From the NCBI RefSeq assembly GCF_009914755.1, contig NC_060934.1: a stretch of DNA of 64,000 nucleotides, one strand, 5' to 3'. This stretch comes from the human T2T-CHM13v2.0 reference genome, Homo sapiens. Below the pieces are notes generated by a model, which saw only the letters and a list, made by a program, of their open reading frames with translations, did not search any database and was not told the origin of the DNA. The translations under genes were made by a program, and so were the position numbers. Shown piece by piece: positions 27,097 through 42,616 of the stretch (the first letter of the stretch is position 1; each line of letters begins with the position of its first letter).

Positions 27097-27316
27097 CAGT
27101 AGTTCTCAACTGGGGATAATTTTGGTTCTCCTGCCACCACCTCCTCCCCACAAATTTGGCAATGTCTAGAAACATCTTTGGTTGTTACAGTTCAGGGGAG
27201 AGGTGCTACTTGAAACTAGTGGATAGAGGCCAAACATCCAAATGTGCAGGACAGTCTCCACGACAAAGAATTATCCACCCTAAAATGTCAATAGTGCCGA
27301 GATGGATAATCCATGG
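27097..27316 (+). mobile_element. MER20 hAT-Charlie MITE
   Basis: cagtagttctcaactgggg...tttggcaatgtctaga...aaaatgtcaatagtgccgag. Confidence 0.85.
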
Positions 27317-27589
27317 TCTACAGACAGTTTAACTGTTGTGATAATGAGGCTGTATCCAAGAAATCATTATTTACTTAAATTGAAGACCGAATGGTTAGGA
27401 GAAGAGAATTTGTTTTTTAGTGCTAGCTTAGTAATACTTAGGATGTTAAGAAACATCATATTAAAATTAGTTTAAGGTAATTTATTTCTTTGAAGACTTA
27501 AAAAATCAATGAAAATGGATAACTTAGTTATATTAAAAATTAAATTTGTTTATTATATCTAGAAAGAGCTCATATCAGTTTGTATTTTA

Positions 27590-27960
<371 letters not shown>

Positions 27961-28278
27961 GTTACTATCCCATGATGGAGTCGGAATTTAGGAATAATTT
28001 TGTTTCCTTATACCAAGTCCTCTATGATTTTTCTGTGGTTGTTAATTGGATAAATTTAAATTATGCCATATATGAATATTCTACTTTATGGAAAATGTCC
28101 CTTTTGCAAAGTTAAATTGAAGTTTGTGATTTAATAAATATGGGTCTTTGTAGTTTATTTAAAGATATAAAATAATGATGGGGAAAATTATTTTAGTAAA
28201 CTGTGTTAAATTATTTAGGATGTTAACTAACCACATTCATTATTTATTAAGTTTAATAATATCAATCTTTGTTTTTAG

Positions 28279-28390
28279 CTCAACAGAAATAGACGATATG
28301 CTTAGAAAATCAACAAATCTGCTGCTGACCAGAACTTTGAGTAGCTGTTTACTGAACCTTATTAGAAAACCTCATATAGGTTTGACAGAG
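28279..28390 (+). CDS. EXOC6: EXOC6 exon H, 112 nt, phase 2/0: STEIDDMLRKSTNLLLTRTLSSCLLNLIRKPHIGLTE
   Basis: ttttag|C acceptor, GAG|gtaggt donor. Confidence 0.96.
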
Positions 28391-28464
28391 GTAGGTTAAA
28401 AAGACACATATAGTGAAATGTTTCATTGTATGAAACAATTATTTTAAATTATTGCTGAACGTCA

Positions 28465-28842
<378 letters not shown>

Positions 28843-29018
28843 TGAGGGAAAAGGGTTCATATGGGGAATAGTAGATAAAGATGTTAGAATATCTATTTAG
28901 ATTTCTGATTGCCAGACTACAGGAAAAGTCACAATCCTAATTTTTTACTTGCTAAATGTTTAAGATTTGAAACATACTATGAAAAGTTATTTTAAAATAA
29001 CTGGTATTTAGACTCTTG

Positions 29019-29054
<36 letters not shown>
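29019..29054. repeat. Compound (GT)n(AT)n microsatellite
   Basis: Seen directly. Confidence 0.9.
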
Positions 29055-29055
<1 letters not shown>

Positions 29056-29228
29056 AATTCATACGCAGTATTTGCAACAGGCTTTTAAAATCAGATAGTT
29101 GTATCCTATAATGCTGCAATTATGTAGAAATGGTACAGTTGCTGGAAGTAATAATCCCATTTTTAAAAATTAGGTGATTTTACATACATGTAACCTGTAT
29201 TTTACTAGATATATCTTGTGTTTTCTAG

Positions 29229-29363
29229 CTGGTACAAATCATCATAAACACAACACACCTGGAGCAAGCTTGTAAATATCTTGAGGACTTTATAACTAAC
29301 ATTACAAATATTTCCCAAGAAACTGTTCATACTACAAGACTTTATGGACTTTCTACTTTCAAG
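29229..29363 (+). CDS. EXOC6: EXOC6 exon I, 135 nt, phase 0/0: LVQIIINTTHLEQACKYLEDFITNITNISQETVHTTRLYGLSTFK
   Basis: ttttctag|CTG acceptor, AAG|gtatgt donor; Sec15 QIIIN motif. Confidence 0.97.
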
Positions 29364-30409
29364 GTATGTAAAAATTTGACCAAAAGTTTTCATTTCAGTC
29401 ACTGTAAGCAGACGTTAAGAAATTAAAGACCGTTCTTATATATGCAAGATCTACTATATTCCTAAAAATTAAGAATAGAGGTATTCATTGTCAACAATGA
29501 GCAAGTAAATGTCAGTTTCTTTTTGGCACTGTAAACATCTTATTAACATGGAGAAAAGTATACTTATTTTCTACAGTGTATTATGCTTTGTTCATGTTTT
29601 GATGATTTATAGTAGTGCTGACTAGGTCTAACTGAATTAATATTTCACAGTTTAAAAATTAATTCTATATGAGTGTTTATTTTTGAAAATTTAAAATGTA
29701 AGACAAATTAAAAAAGGATAGATTTGTTTTCCATCCTTGATTGGTTCTGATCTGAAGAAAAATAAATATTATTACATGTCATTGAAGTCCTACCTCTTTT
29801 GCGGGTGGAAAGATTTCTGTTTGAATAATATACAGAATATACTGAGGATTAATTAATGGTTGTTTTAGGTAGAATGTAAGATTAAACAATTTCATAAGGT
29901 ATTTTATTATTTGGAGTCATAGATGAGACACTGGCTTAGTCTAGTGTGTATAAATCCCCTTGAATTGAATATTTTATTAAACTAATGATAAACCATGTAC
30001 TGATCACTTATCTGTAAAATGGGCTTGCTAATTTAACCTTACAGCTCTTTCTAAAAGTTTCCTATTAAAAAGAATTCTCTTTAACTACTTTTGTTATATT
30101 ATCAATCACCCCCAAGATTTTATTGTAGTAACTTGCATTGTAAAAAATGAATGTACTTGTGTTTTAAAATAACTAATTTAGTGTTAACATTTAACCATAT
30201 GTTGAAAGTGTGAAGTCCACAAACAACCCTGGGATCCTAGAATTACCTGCTTGGCCCCCAAATATTATGCTCCTCTGGTGACTCTTGATCTCATGTAGTC
30301 ATTTCAATACATAAGACACAAATGCAGAATGATATCTGAATCAGCAGACTTATAAAATTAGCTATTAAAACTTAGAAGCCTAAAAAAGCAGGCATTCATT
30401 TATTCAGAT

Positions 30410-30575
30410 AATATACTACAGTGATTAAATTCATATACTCTGAAGTTAGATTGCTCTGTGACCTTGGGCAAGTTCTTTAATGTAAATGATTCCAGGTTTC
30501 TTTATCTATAAAATTAGAGTAACAGTACAGTACCTACCTCATATGATTATTATGAGGAGTAAGGAAGATACTTAG
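30410..30575 (+). mobile_element. MIR
   Basis: tgtgaccttgggcaagtt...tttctttatctataaaat core. Confidence 0.65.
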
Positions 30576-32249
30576 CCCAGAGCCATTCACTGTATGTAAG
30601 TCAGGCTCTGAGCACTCTGTTTAGACTCTGAGAATACAAAAATGTATCCCTGCCCTCAAGAAGCTCAGAGGAGGAAAAAAATAATAAAAGACACTTAACA
30701 ATATGGTATAATAAGTATGATAATATAGGAGGAGATGCCACAAGTTTTTAGTTACTTATTTATCCAAGGACAAATTGATTGTTAGCTTTTATGTTAGATT
30801 TTACATAATGCCTCTACTTTCTCTTTATTGTTCTCTCTGTCCTTACATCCATCTGTTACTGATACCCTGTCAAGAAGGGATTTCTCAGGCTTAGAGTTGC
30901 AGGCATATTTAACTGTTAACATTACTTTTAATATGCTTACCCAGTACCCTCTGATTAAAACATGAATTGCCTTAGCATCTTGTGTTTCTAGGGATCTTCA
31001 AGTAATTATTCTTATCGGTCATAAGCCAGAGAACCAAAGATACTGGAACACAATGTTCTTAGATTAGGGGATCTTGGAACTGCTTTTCTCAAAATCTGCC
31101 TGTTGGGAAAGAATGTTTAGAAATGTTAGCTCTGGTTCATCATTCCAGAGTTGAAGCCATAACTATCATTGCATACTCCTTGGTGTATTTCCTTGGAAAT
31201 CAAGTTCTGCTCTGTAAATAGCAAAGCATCTTTGTTTTTTGTTGTTTATTTGTTTGTTCTGTTTTCACACAGAACTCAGTAAATGCTTTTCTGTTTTCTA
31301 ATATGTGAGCAAGAGCTGTTTTCATCTTAAGATTTGAAGGTCAAGTATTTTTCAGTTCTGTCTTTTGGTCTATTTCAAGAGGAATTTGTCTCTAAATGTG
31401 ATAAGGGGAAGCATTTCAACAGGGAGGATTGTTAAATCAATATTAAAGTGAATTACTGAGGGACACTGGGGAATTTCCATTCATAGTGAATAGTCTGTTA
31501 CCTCTTTCACAAAAACGATTGAAGTACAGTCTTGGCTGTAGACATTTGATTGGATTATATAGCCTCTTAGCCTGATTTTTTTTCAGTTCAGTGACCCTAG
31601 AAAACATCTTTCTATTTGATTGCTTAATGATTCTGGAAACAAGTACTTGATACCTATACCTCCATTTGCTTCCCTTTCAAAAACTGCATATGCACACACA
31701 AGCTACCTGATCTTGTGTCATAAGTATTTATGTTATGAAATAGCATATAGACTGTTTTGTTAGCTTGTTTGCTAACTCTGTAAGTGATATAAAAGAGGTT
31801 CAATAAGTAGTTCCTACCCTCAAGCAGTACCTCAGCTTTTTGAAAGTAACTCAGACCCAATTAGAGAACTACTTAAAGCTAATATAAGTCTTCTCCTAAC
31901 TGGAAAAATTTGCATCAGTATAGAAGAAAAAAAATGGAAATACCATTCCCTTTCTAACTTGTGTGGTAGAGAAATAGTCCAGTTCTTTCTCTTTGGCATC
32001 AGGGATCTTTAACTTGGCTCCAAGGAGCTTTTCCAGCCTGCTACTCTGAAGAGTTTTCTTTTGAGTCCTGGCAGTAATTGCAACTGTAAATGCCTAGAAG
32101 AAATGCACTTCTGATTCTTTTTCTAACTTGCCTTTTTTTTGTTTTTGTCTGCTAATGACCATGTAGCAAAGCCTTTTAGGATTGTGGCTGAAGTGACAGT
32201 AGTAAATTGTCTTTAAGGGCTTGAAATTCTCTTCTTATGGAGCAAGGAC

Positions 32250-34258
<2,009 letters not shown>

Positions 34259-34269
34259 GGCGAACACAC

Positions 34270-34570
34270 TTGTAACTATGAGGTCAAGAAATAAAGCATT
34301 ACTAGCACCGTAGAAGCCTTCCTCATTCCTCTCCTTTGTCACTATCTTTTTTCCTCTCAGTACTGACTTTTAACGGCACAGAGTAGTTTTGCCTTTTTCT
34401 GGGTTCTATTTAAATGAAATCATACAGAGTGCATCTTTTTGTGTGTCTGACTTCTTTTACTCAGCAGGAGTTGGGGTATTTCATTTGTGTTGTTGTATGT
34501 AGCTGTAGTTTATTTATTTTGAATTCAATATGGTATTCCATGATAGAATTTACTACACCTTATTTATTAG
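34270..34570 (-). mobile_element. L1ME-like 3' fragment
   Basis: ctgacttttaac..tagttttgcct..aatcatacag..gtctgacttcttttactca. Confidence 0.6.
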
Positions 34571-35494
34571 TGTGAACTGTATCACTTTTGGCTATTTAGA
34601 AACTTTTCTTTTGCTTTCATCCTGGTTATTGACTGGATACGTGACCTTTGACAGATGTTATGGTATGGGTAAAATATAATTTATTTAATTTTTAGTAGTA
34701 AAGATAGAAATTCAGGAACTGGCATAAACATTTAGAACTAATGAGGTATTATTGGCAGTTTAAAATTTTTTCATTTTAATTATAATGTTTTGTTGTTTTA
34801 TCTATGTAAAGCTGATGTATTGCTTTGTGAAGGTACTTGCAAAATTACGCCTTGACTGATTAATTGCATGTCAGCTTCTGATTACTTATATGCTTTTTTA
34901 TTGATGGAGTGTTCCTTTGTAAAATTCATTTTATTGTGTATGCAATTTGATTGCCATTTTAAAAAGGCAATGTATATGACATTTATTTCTTTTGTCATCC
35001 TTTACCACCAACTTCTTTTCTGGTCTTCCCCCATTAGAGAGGACTGTATAAAGCAGTTTTATGCTTACAGCTGATTTAATACATTTGAATGACATAAAAT
35101 CCTAAAAGGTAAGTTAGAAAACAACCAAAAGCAAAAGCAGATTGGGTAACAAATATATATGGGATAGAATAAGTAATTGTAGGTCCCTTCGTAAATAGAA
35201 CAGAAAAGTAAATAAGGGACATGCTACTTTGCCAAAAACATAAAAGGTAACAGGAAAAATAAAAACATTTTTTCAGTTCTGTAAACAAAAGAGGAGGATC
35301 AACAAAATGTAGAGACCTCAATCCTCATAGATAAGAGTGCTCCGCTTTCTGTTTTTTTTTTTTTTAATATCATCAGTAATCAGTTAATTATAGAAAATGC
35401 CACTTATAAAGATCATGGAAAGCAGAAATAGAGTAGGGAGATAAATGGTTGAGGACTACTTTAAAAAGCTATTTATATCAGATGATTTGCAAAC

Positions 35495-35930
35495 CTGATG
35501 ACAAACAACCACTTAAGGAGTGGCAGATGCTACCACAAAGCCACTAGTCATTATTTGTGAACACTTTTGAGGTACAAAAGCCCCTGAAAACTAGAAAGGT
35601 AAAAATGTAGCAGCCACTTTTTAAAAAGGAAAAGGAGATAACTTAGGTAATCGGAGAATTAGAGGAGTAGTTAGTTTACAGTGACCTGTGACAATCTCAG
35701 ATAATCCAAAGACTGGATTTTGAATTATTCCAGATAATTGATTATAGCTCAGAACCCATATTTCCCTCTACAAGTGAGGTAATTAGCAGGTGGCTCTAGG
35801 AGAGATTTAGGTTATTCTAGGACAGGCTACTTTGATAAAGAACAAGAAATGAAATATTCTGTCTTGTCTAAAGTAAGGCTTTGATTGTGTCCCAAAAGAT
35901 AGTCCTGTAAACAAAGCAGTAATTCCTTAG
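35495..35930 (+). mobile_element. CR1/L3 LINE reverse-transcriptase fossil
   Basis: Broken translation LKE-ADATTKPLVIICE..PEN*KGKNV..F*KGK..LGN and later SKA/FD resembles CR1 LKELADVIAEPLSIIFE..PEDW..NV.PIFKKG..PGNY..FSKAFD. Confidence 0.65.
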
Positions 35931-36048
35931 ATGGTTCTGTCTAAACTGAGTGTCATTTTTCACTTGGGGGTATATGTTAAATGATGTTTATTAAGCAAAA
36001 ATGTATATATAATGTAATGTAAAAATGTTAAAAATATATATATATATG

Positions 36049-36342
36049 GTTTTTTTTTGAGACAGGGTCCCACTCTGTCATCCAGGTTAGAGTGCAGTGA
36101 CTTGATCCTGGCTTACTGCAGCCTCAACTTCCTGGGCTCAAGCAATCCTCCCACCTCAGCCTCCCAAATAGCTAGGACTACAGGCCCATGCTACTACCCT
36201 GGCTGATTTAAAAAAAATTGTTTTGTAGAGACAGGGTCTAACTGTATTGCCCAGGCTGGTCTCGAACTCCTGGACTCAAGCAATCCTCTTGCTTCAGCCT
36301 CCCAAAGTGCTGGGATTACACGTGTAAGCCGCTGTCAGGCCC
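36049..36342 (-). mobile_element. AluJ-like
   Basis: Antisense dimer. Confidence 0.9.
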
Positions 36343-37183
36343 TAAAGTGCATTTCTGTGGTACTGTGCTAATTGCTGAGGGGAAGATATGGAATGGTTCT
36401 TGACCACTAGGATTCTTTTAATCTAGAAGAGCAGATAACTACAAACAAATAACAACAGTGTGTAATAGTAGATGAATTTGGTCCTGTAGACATGTTTGAT
36501 TTGGTTTTGTGGTTTTTCTAAATGTTTCGAATTTGCATACCTTTAGATGAGACTTAAACTCTATAATGATCCTGCCTACGGTAAATACCCTGCCTGCCAT
36601 ACTTATTCTTGTTACCTGCCTGGACCCTGAAGGCATTTAAGTATTTGTATCAGTTTGGAGCATGGGTAAGATTTTAATCAGCAGAGATGAGGATAAGGAA
36701 GAATTGGTATAAACCCATGCACAGAAGGCAGAAAGCTGAAGTTATATTCAGACATTCAGATAATGACCCAGAAGATGGAATATAAAATCATATTTATTCA
36801 TCTTATGTTAATAAGGATGCTTATTTTTGGTTTAAAATAATGTTTGGTTTACATGTGTTTTGAATGTATATTCTGGGGAAAAATGTAATTTCTTCTAGAA
36901 GCAGTTAGTGTCAGTTTCCTTTACTTAAATTTCGATCTTCAGCTGTATCTGGGCTGTAGCTTTTTACCTAATACTTCACCTTGCATTATCTAACTCTCTA
37001 AGAAGTACTTTGTATTTCCCTCTGAAAATTGTTTTTGGTATAATTAACATAACTCTTACAGTAACCTACCTTTGTAATAGAACATTTAGTATACTATTTG
37101 TGACCTGCGTACTTTAGAACTATGATATTATTAATCTCTGGCTTATAGTCCATGATGACTGTATTTCTTTTTATAAAGAGCAA

Positions 37184-37444
37184 TTTTTTTTTTTTTTTTT
37201 TGGATCATGGCTCACTGCAGCCTTGAACTCCTGGGCTCAAGTGATCTTCCCACTTCAGGCTTCCGAGTAGCTGGGATTACAGTTGCGTACCATCTTACCT
37301 GGCCGATTTTTTAAAATTTATTTTTTGTAGAGATAGGGTCTCACCATATTACCCCTGTTAGTGTCAAACTCCTGGGCTTAAGTGATCTCCTGCCTCAGCC
37401 TCCCAAAGTGTTGGGATTATAGGCGAGAGCCTCTGTACCCAGCA
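37184..37444 (-). mobile_element. AluJ-like lacking the 3'-terminal ~40 nt
   Basis: T-tract joins directly to ggatcatggctcactgcagcc. Confidence 0.85.
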
Positions 37445-38291
37445 AGATAATCTTTTAGAGAGATTTCTAGAACTTTATGATACTTCAGTTCTTGTAATTC
37501 CTACAAGCTTTTCATGGCTTTTAACTTTTGATTTCTTAGTTCATTATGGAGCAGATCTTGAGCTTTGTTTTACCCAGAGTATTGATCAAATGGTAATCTG
37601 TGATTTGCATGCGTATAAGGCACAATACATATCCTAAAGCCTAATACTCTTTTTTAAAAAAAAAAAAATCACAGTAATATATAATGAAAAAACCTGATGA
37701 AAAGTAACCAGGTGAATTAGTGCTTTTTGCTAATTTAATGAGATGCTTAGCACACAAATCCCTCTTTTATTTTTTGGTTGATTTTTAAGTACTAAATGTA
37801 AAGAAAATAATAAAACAAGAATATAAAGAATAAAACAACTTCTTTTGATTGCCACATTAACATCTAAAATAAATAATGGAAATTATATATATATTTTTAA
37901 AAAATTATAATTTATTGGCTTCTCTGGCCATTTTATTATACCTTTTCCTTCATTATAACTAAATACTATTAATAAATTATATTGGTTAGTCTTATTTGCT
38001 TTTTCCCTTCTGCATTAGTAGTGACATTGGATAATGAGTTGGATGCTATATGCAGTGTAACTAACATTAGAAATGTTTAGGTCAAGATAATGGATTATTG
38101 GAATTTTGTTTATTAGAGCAGGAAGAAGTTAACTAGGGAGGACACCTTTATGGTGATAGCTCTAACTTTATCTATTGCCTACATATTTGAAGCCCATAAA
38201 AATATACATGTATTTCCCTTGCTTTAAATGAGCAAAATTAAATGTAACTTTTTTCTTAAATATTGAATAAATGTTTCTATTATAAGATAGT

Positions 38292-38840
38292 TGTATTAAT
38301 CAGGGTTATTAACAGAAAATTGACAGGAACTGATAGAAAAAGCAACTCAAACTTTCTTAAACAATAAAGGAAAAATTATTGGCCAGTGACACTGAGATGT
38401 CCAAAGATAGGGCACTGCTGCTCAGTAGATGTCACCATGGATCCAGAGTCTCTCCATCTTTTAACTCTGCTTTATGCAATTTTGGCCTCATCGTCAGACT
38501 ACTTATAGTGGCCCAGCAGTTCCCAGCAGCTCTAGGCTGTCTCAGTCTGGTAGCAAAATGACTGCCTGCTCACAGTCCCAAACCTCACATCGTCATGTCC
38601 TGTCATCTAAAGGAAGAGAAACTGTCTCCCTCCACCAGCTGCTGTATAATTTTTTTGTAAGAGGATGGGACTGGTAATTGACTTAAACTTAGCAAGACCC
38701 AACCTTGGAGCTAGGTATCAGTTCAGTCTTACCCAAATGAGATAGCTGTGAATGGGGGCAGGGTGATTTTCCAAAATGTATTTAGGAATTATTCCAAGAG
38801 GGGGAATGGACAATAGACAGTAAATCGTATATGTTTACTA
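38292..38840 (-). mobile_element. Old MaLR (MLT1-type) LTR
   Basis: tgtattaatcaggg start and aaaatgactgcc motif; highly degenerate. Confidence 0.45.
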
Positions 38841-38879
38841 AAATCTTTAGCTATTACTACTTAGCTTTTATTCAAAACA

Positions 38880-38985
38880 CACATGTTTATGCTCCAGGAG
38901 GTCTAGGTGGAATTTGTGCATGTATATGTTTTAAAAAGTTCCTCAGGTGGGTTCTGTTGCACACCTATGGTTGGGAACCACAGAT
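38880..38985. mobile_element. MER5-like fragment
   Basis: ttttaaaaagttcctcaggtg..ggttgggaaccac. Confidence 0.55.
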
Positions 38986-39925
38986 AGTATATTTAATTCT
39001 TACACATTGAAATTTTTTTTAAAAGTTCTCAAATTATGCTAGATACATTTCTGCCTCCAGAGGGCACTATTTCCTTAACAAACAAAGGAAGAATTACTTT
39101 GTTTATAAACTGAATCCTTACATTTTATTTAAGAGTTAGCTGATATGCTGACTAGAATGTCAAGAGTTGATAATGCTCTTGACCTCCTGGTAAGGTCATA
39201 AGATTGAGAATATTCTGGGTTCAACTGTAGAACTCCCGAAGAAGTTCTAACTAATTTCCTTAGCAATTACTAAATCGTTAGTAATCATTAGTAATCATCT
39301 CTTAGGAATGTCTTACCAAATAATTTAGTGTATTCCTATGTATAACTACAGGAAAAGTTACATTGAAAGCCTTTTCTATCTTTTCTTTCTATCCTTGCTC
39401 CCATTTCTTTAAAAAGAAAATATAGTGAGCCAGTTCATGCAGCTATAAAGATCAGACACATATGTTTTCTAATGATTATATTTGTCTGGATTATAAAATA
39501 AGCAGAATTCTTAGTCCTTAGAAAAGTCCTTTCAACTGTTGACTTTAATCATATTCCTGCTCGGGAGTGCTGTCTGAAATTTTTCTTTGACACAGTACAG
39601 CCCGTGATTCCCTGACATAGATTTATTTGCTTCCTATTATAGCCCGTGGAAAGCATTAATAAACCTTAAAAAATATTAGGTACCCTTCCCCGAAAGTTTT
39701 TTAACATCTTGAGAAAAGGTTATTTTAACTTAGATATTTTATGGGAAAAGTGGAACCTGCTTGTGGTGTCACCTCAGAAAAACAGACTTATCAACAAAGT
39801 TCTAGTGACAATAACAAAAAGCAATAAATAAATTTTTATGTTTTCCCTTTTATTTTTGCTTAGTTCCTTTTAGAAAGTGGTGTTTTCTGAACCACTTTTT
39901 CCCTAAACGTGGTCTAGAAAGCATG

Positions 39926-40945
39926 TAATTATAATTATAATTATTATTATTATTATTATTATTATTATACTTTTAGGGTACATGTGCACAATGTGCAGGT
40001 TAGTTACATATGTATACATGTGCCATGCTGGTGTGCTGCACCCATTAACTCGTCATTTAGCATTAGGTATATCTCCTAATGCTATCCCTCCCCCCTCCCC
40101 CCACCCCACATCAGTCCCCAGAGTGTGATGTTCCCCTTCCTGTGTCCATGTGTTCTCATTGTTCAATTCCCATCTATGAGTGAGAATATGCAGTGTTTGG
40201 TTTTTTGGTCCTTGCGATAGTTTACTGAGAATGATGATTTCCACTTTCATCCATGTCCCTACAAAGGACATGAACTCATCATTTTTTATGGCTGCATAGT
40301 ATTCCATGATGTATATGTGCCACATTTTCTTAATCCAGTCTATCATTGTTGGACATTTGGGTTGGTTCCAAGTCTTTGCTATTGTGAATAGTGCCGCAGT
40401 AAACATACGTGTGCATGTGTCTTTATAGCAGCATGATTTATAGTCCTTTGGGTATATACCCAGTAATGGGATGGCTGGGTCAAATGGTATTTCTAGTTCT
40501 AGATCCCTGCGGAATCGCCACACTGACTTCCACAATGGTTGAACTAGTTTACAGTCCCACCAACAGTGTAAAAGTGTTCCTATTTCTCCACATCCTCTCC
40601 AGCACCTGTTGTTTCCTGACTTTTTAATGATTGCCATTCTAACTGGTGTGAGATGGTATCTCATTGTGGTTTTGATTTGCATTTCTCTGATGGCCAGTGA
40701 TGATGAGCATTTTTTCATGTGTCTTTTGGCTGCATAAATGTCTTCTTTTGAGAAGTGTCTGGTCATATCCTTTGCCCACTTTTTGATGGGGTTGTTTGTT
40801 TTTTTCTTGTAAATTTGTTTGAGTTCATTGTAGATTCTGGATATTAGCCCTTGTCAGATGAGTAGGTTGCAAAAATTTTCTCCCATTTGTAGGTTGCCTG
40901 TTCACTCTGAAGGTAGTTTCTTTTGCTGTGCAGAAGCTTTTTAGT
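39926..40945 (-). mobile_element. Young 5'-truncated L1PA (PA3-5-like) with (AAT)n tail
   Basis: ORF 40053-40766 is the ORF2 C-terminus ([19 protein letters not shown]) frameshifting into the 3'UTR. Confidence 0.95.
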
Positions 40946-41839
40946 GTGATGGTGTGAATGGTTTTGTCATCATTTAAAATTTTCTTCTTTCAGATAAAAA
41001 TAGTGTTTTTTCCCTCGTGACTTAAAAATTTCTAGATATTTGGTCTCTACCACCCCCTCAACTTTTGGTTAATATTTCAATTGTCCCATATTGCTTTTTT
41101 AAATCTAGGAAAATGTGAACTAACATCTTTATTTTATTTTAATAAAATTCTATAAACTAAAAAAGAGAATTAAAGCTGGATTTAAATTTGGTTTTAATAA
41201 AATACCCAGTTTTATATCAATCTAAAGTTAACCAAGTACTTTAGCTCTGTAAGTTTGGAGGAGGGGAGCTTCTTGAATCTGGCTTTTAAAAGCTTGTTAT
41301 GCATCTTCTCTTCCTGCCTATATTAGAGGCATCCCAAAAAAGCAAAAGAAATCATAAATAGTGGTCTGAGTGCAGATAGGAAATGCAGCGAAAGATAGGA
41401 GCAATCAGACTCTCAATTTTCTTTGCCTGGCGATAGAAGGGAAGCAGGTTGAGTATTTATGAGATGATTGTACATAGTTCTGAGGTTTAGGGTTCTCTTA
41501 TCCAGCTGCCTTCTGGAATTACTGCCTATCTTCAGTTGTGTAGTGAACTATATTCATCTGCTTAGATTCAGTAAATGTAGTGAGACATGAATGAGGGAAC
41601 TGATTATGAACACTGGGGCAAAATGCAAAATGGTAAATACATATTTTTATATTGCTTTGAGAAAATTGACTTACAAATGATGTCATTAAGGTGTGTTATC
41701 TTTAGTTCTGTAGGTCATAAGCATTTACCATCTTAGGTACCTGCCCCTAATGTTAATGAAGTTAAAGAGAAATAGGTGTTACTGCCATGAATTATACATG
41801 TTAAATATGACACCCCTTTCCACTGGTTAGTGTTTCACC

Positions 41840-42139
41840 TTTTTTTTTTTTTTTTTAAAGGCAAGGTCTTGCTCTGTCACCCAGGCTGCAGTGCAGTGGT
41901 GCAATCGTAGCTTACTGCAGCCTCAAACTCCTGAGCTCAAGCGATCCTCCCACCTCAGCCTCCTGAGTAGCTAGGACTATAGGCACAAGCCACCATGACC
42001 AGCTAAACTTTTTATTTTTTGGTAGAGACAGAGTCTCACTATGTTGCCCAGGCAGTTATTTAACTCCTGGCCTCAAGTGATCCTCCTGCCTCAGCCTCCC
42101 AAACTGCTGGGATTATAGGCATAAACCACTGTGCCTGCC
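41840..42139 (-). mobile_element. AluJ-like
   Basis: Antisense dimer. Confidence 0.9.
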
Positions 42140-42349
42140 ATGTTTTACATAAAAAAAATTCTGTTAATGTTTAATACCCATTTTTTTCTCCCTTACGTAA
42201 AAATAACTACACTAAGTTAAGCCAACTTGGGCAATTTGGAAGGCTTGGAATTGTGATATATTAATAGTCTCCATACAGTTCTTTTAGTAAGACATTTATT
42301 GAGCATTACTAGGTAAAAAAACATAAGTAAGTATAAGAAAACTAATTTG

Positions 42350-42520
42350 TTTTAGCCCCTTCTGGGTGCCAATTACTGTTAGGTACTTTGTTTTAATTAT
42401 AGAAGCTTGTATAATGCTCAAAACAGCCCTGTGAGATGGGGATGATTCTCATTTCATAAATAAGAAATTAAGTTAATTTGCTTAAGATGTAAAGATAAGT
42501 GAAATAGTGGGAATCAGACA
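42350..42520 (-). mobile_element. MIR
   Basis: aacagccctgtgagatggg..tctcatttcataaataagaaa. Confidence 0.55.
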
Positions 42521-42616
42521 CCTTCCCATTTTCCCAAAACCGTTTTGTTTTTTTCTATTAAGTAAGTGGAAGTATTAACCCATATTCTTTATGAGTCATT
42601 TCTTCGTTACTCATTA

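Noticed and set aside
32105-32210. Branch point, pyrimidine tract and TGC upstream of AG, resembling an SRRM4 microexon
   Set aside because: No convincing donor follows, and the phase-0 frame reaches TGA after nine codons.
40053-40766. 237-aa ORF as a gene
   Set aside because: C-terminal fragment of L1 ORF2 in a 5'-truncated copy, frameshifted into the 3'UTR; no EN/RT domain or promoter.
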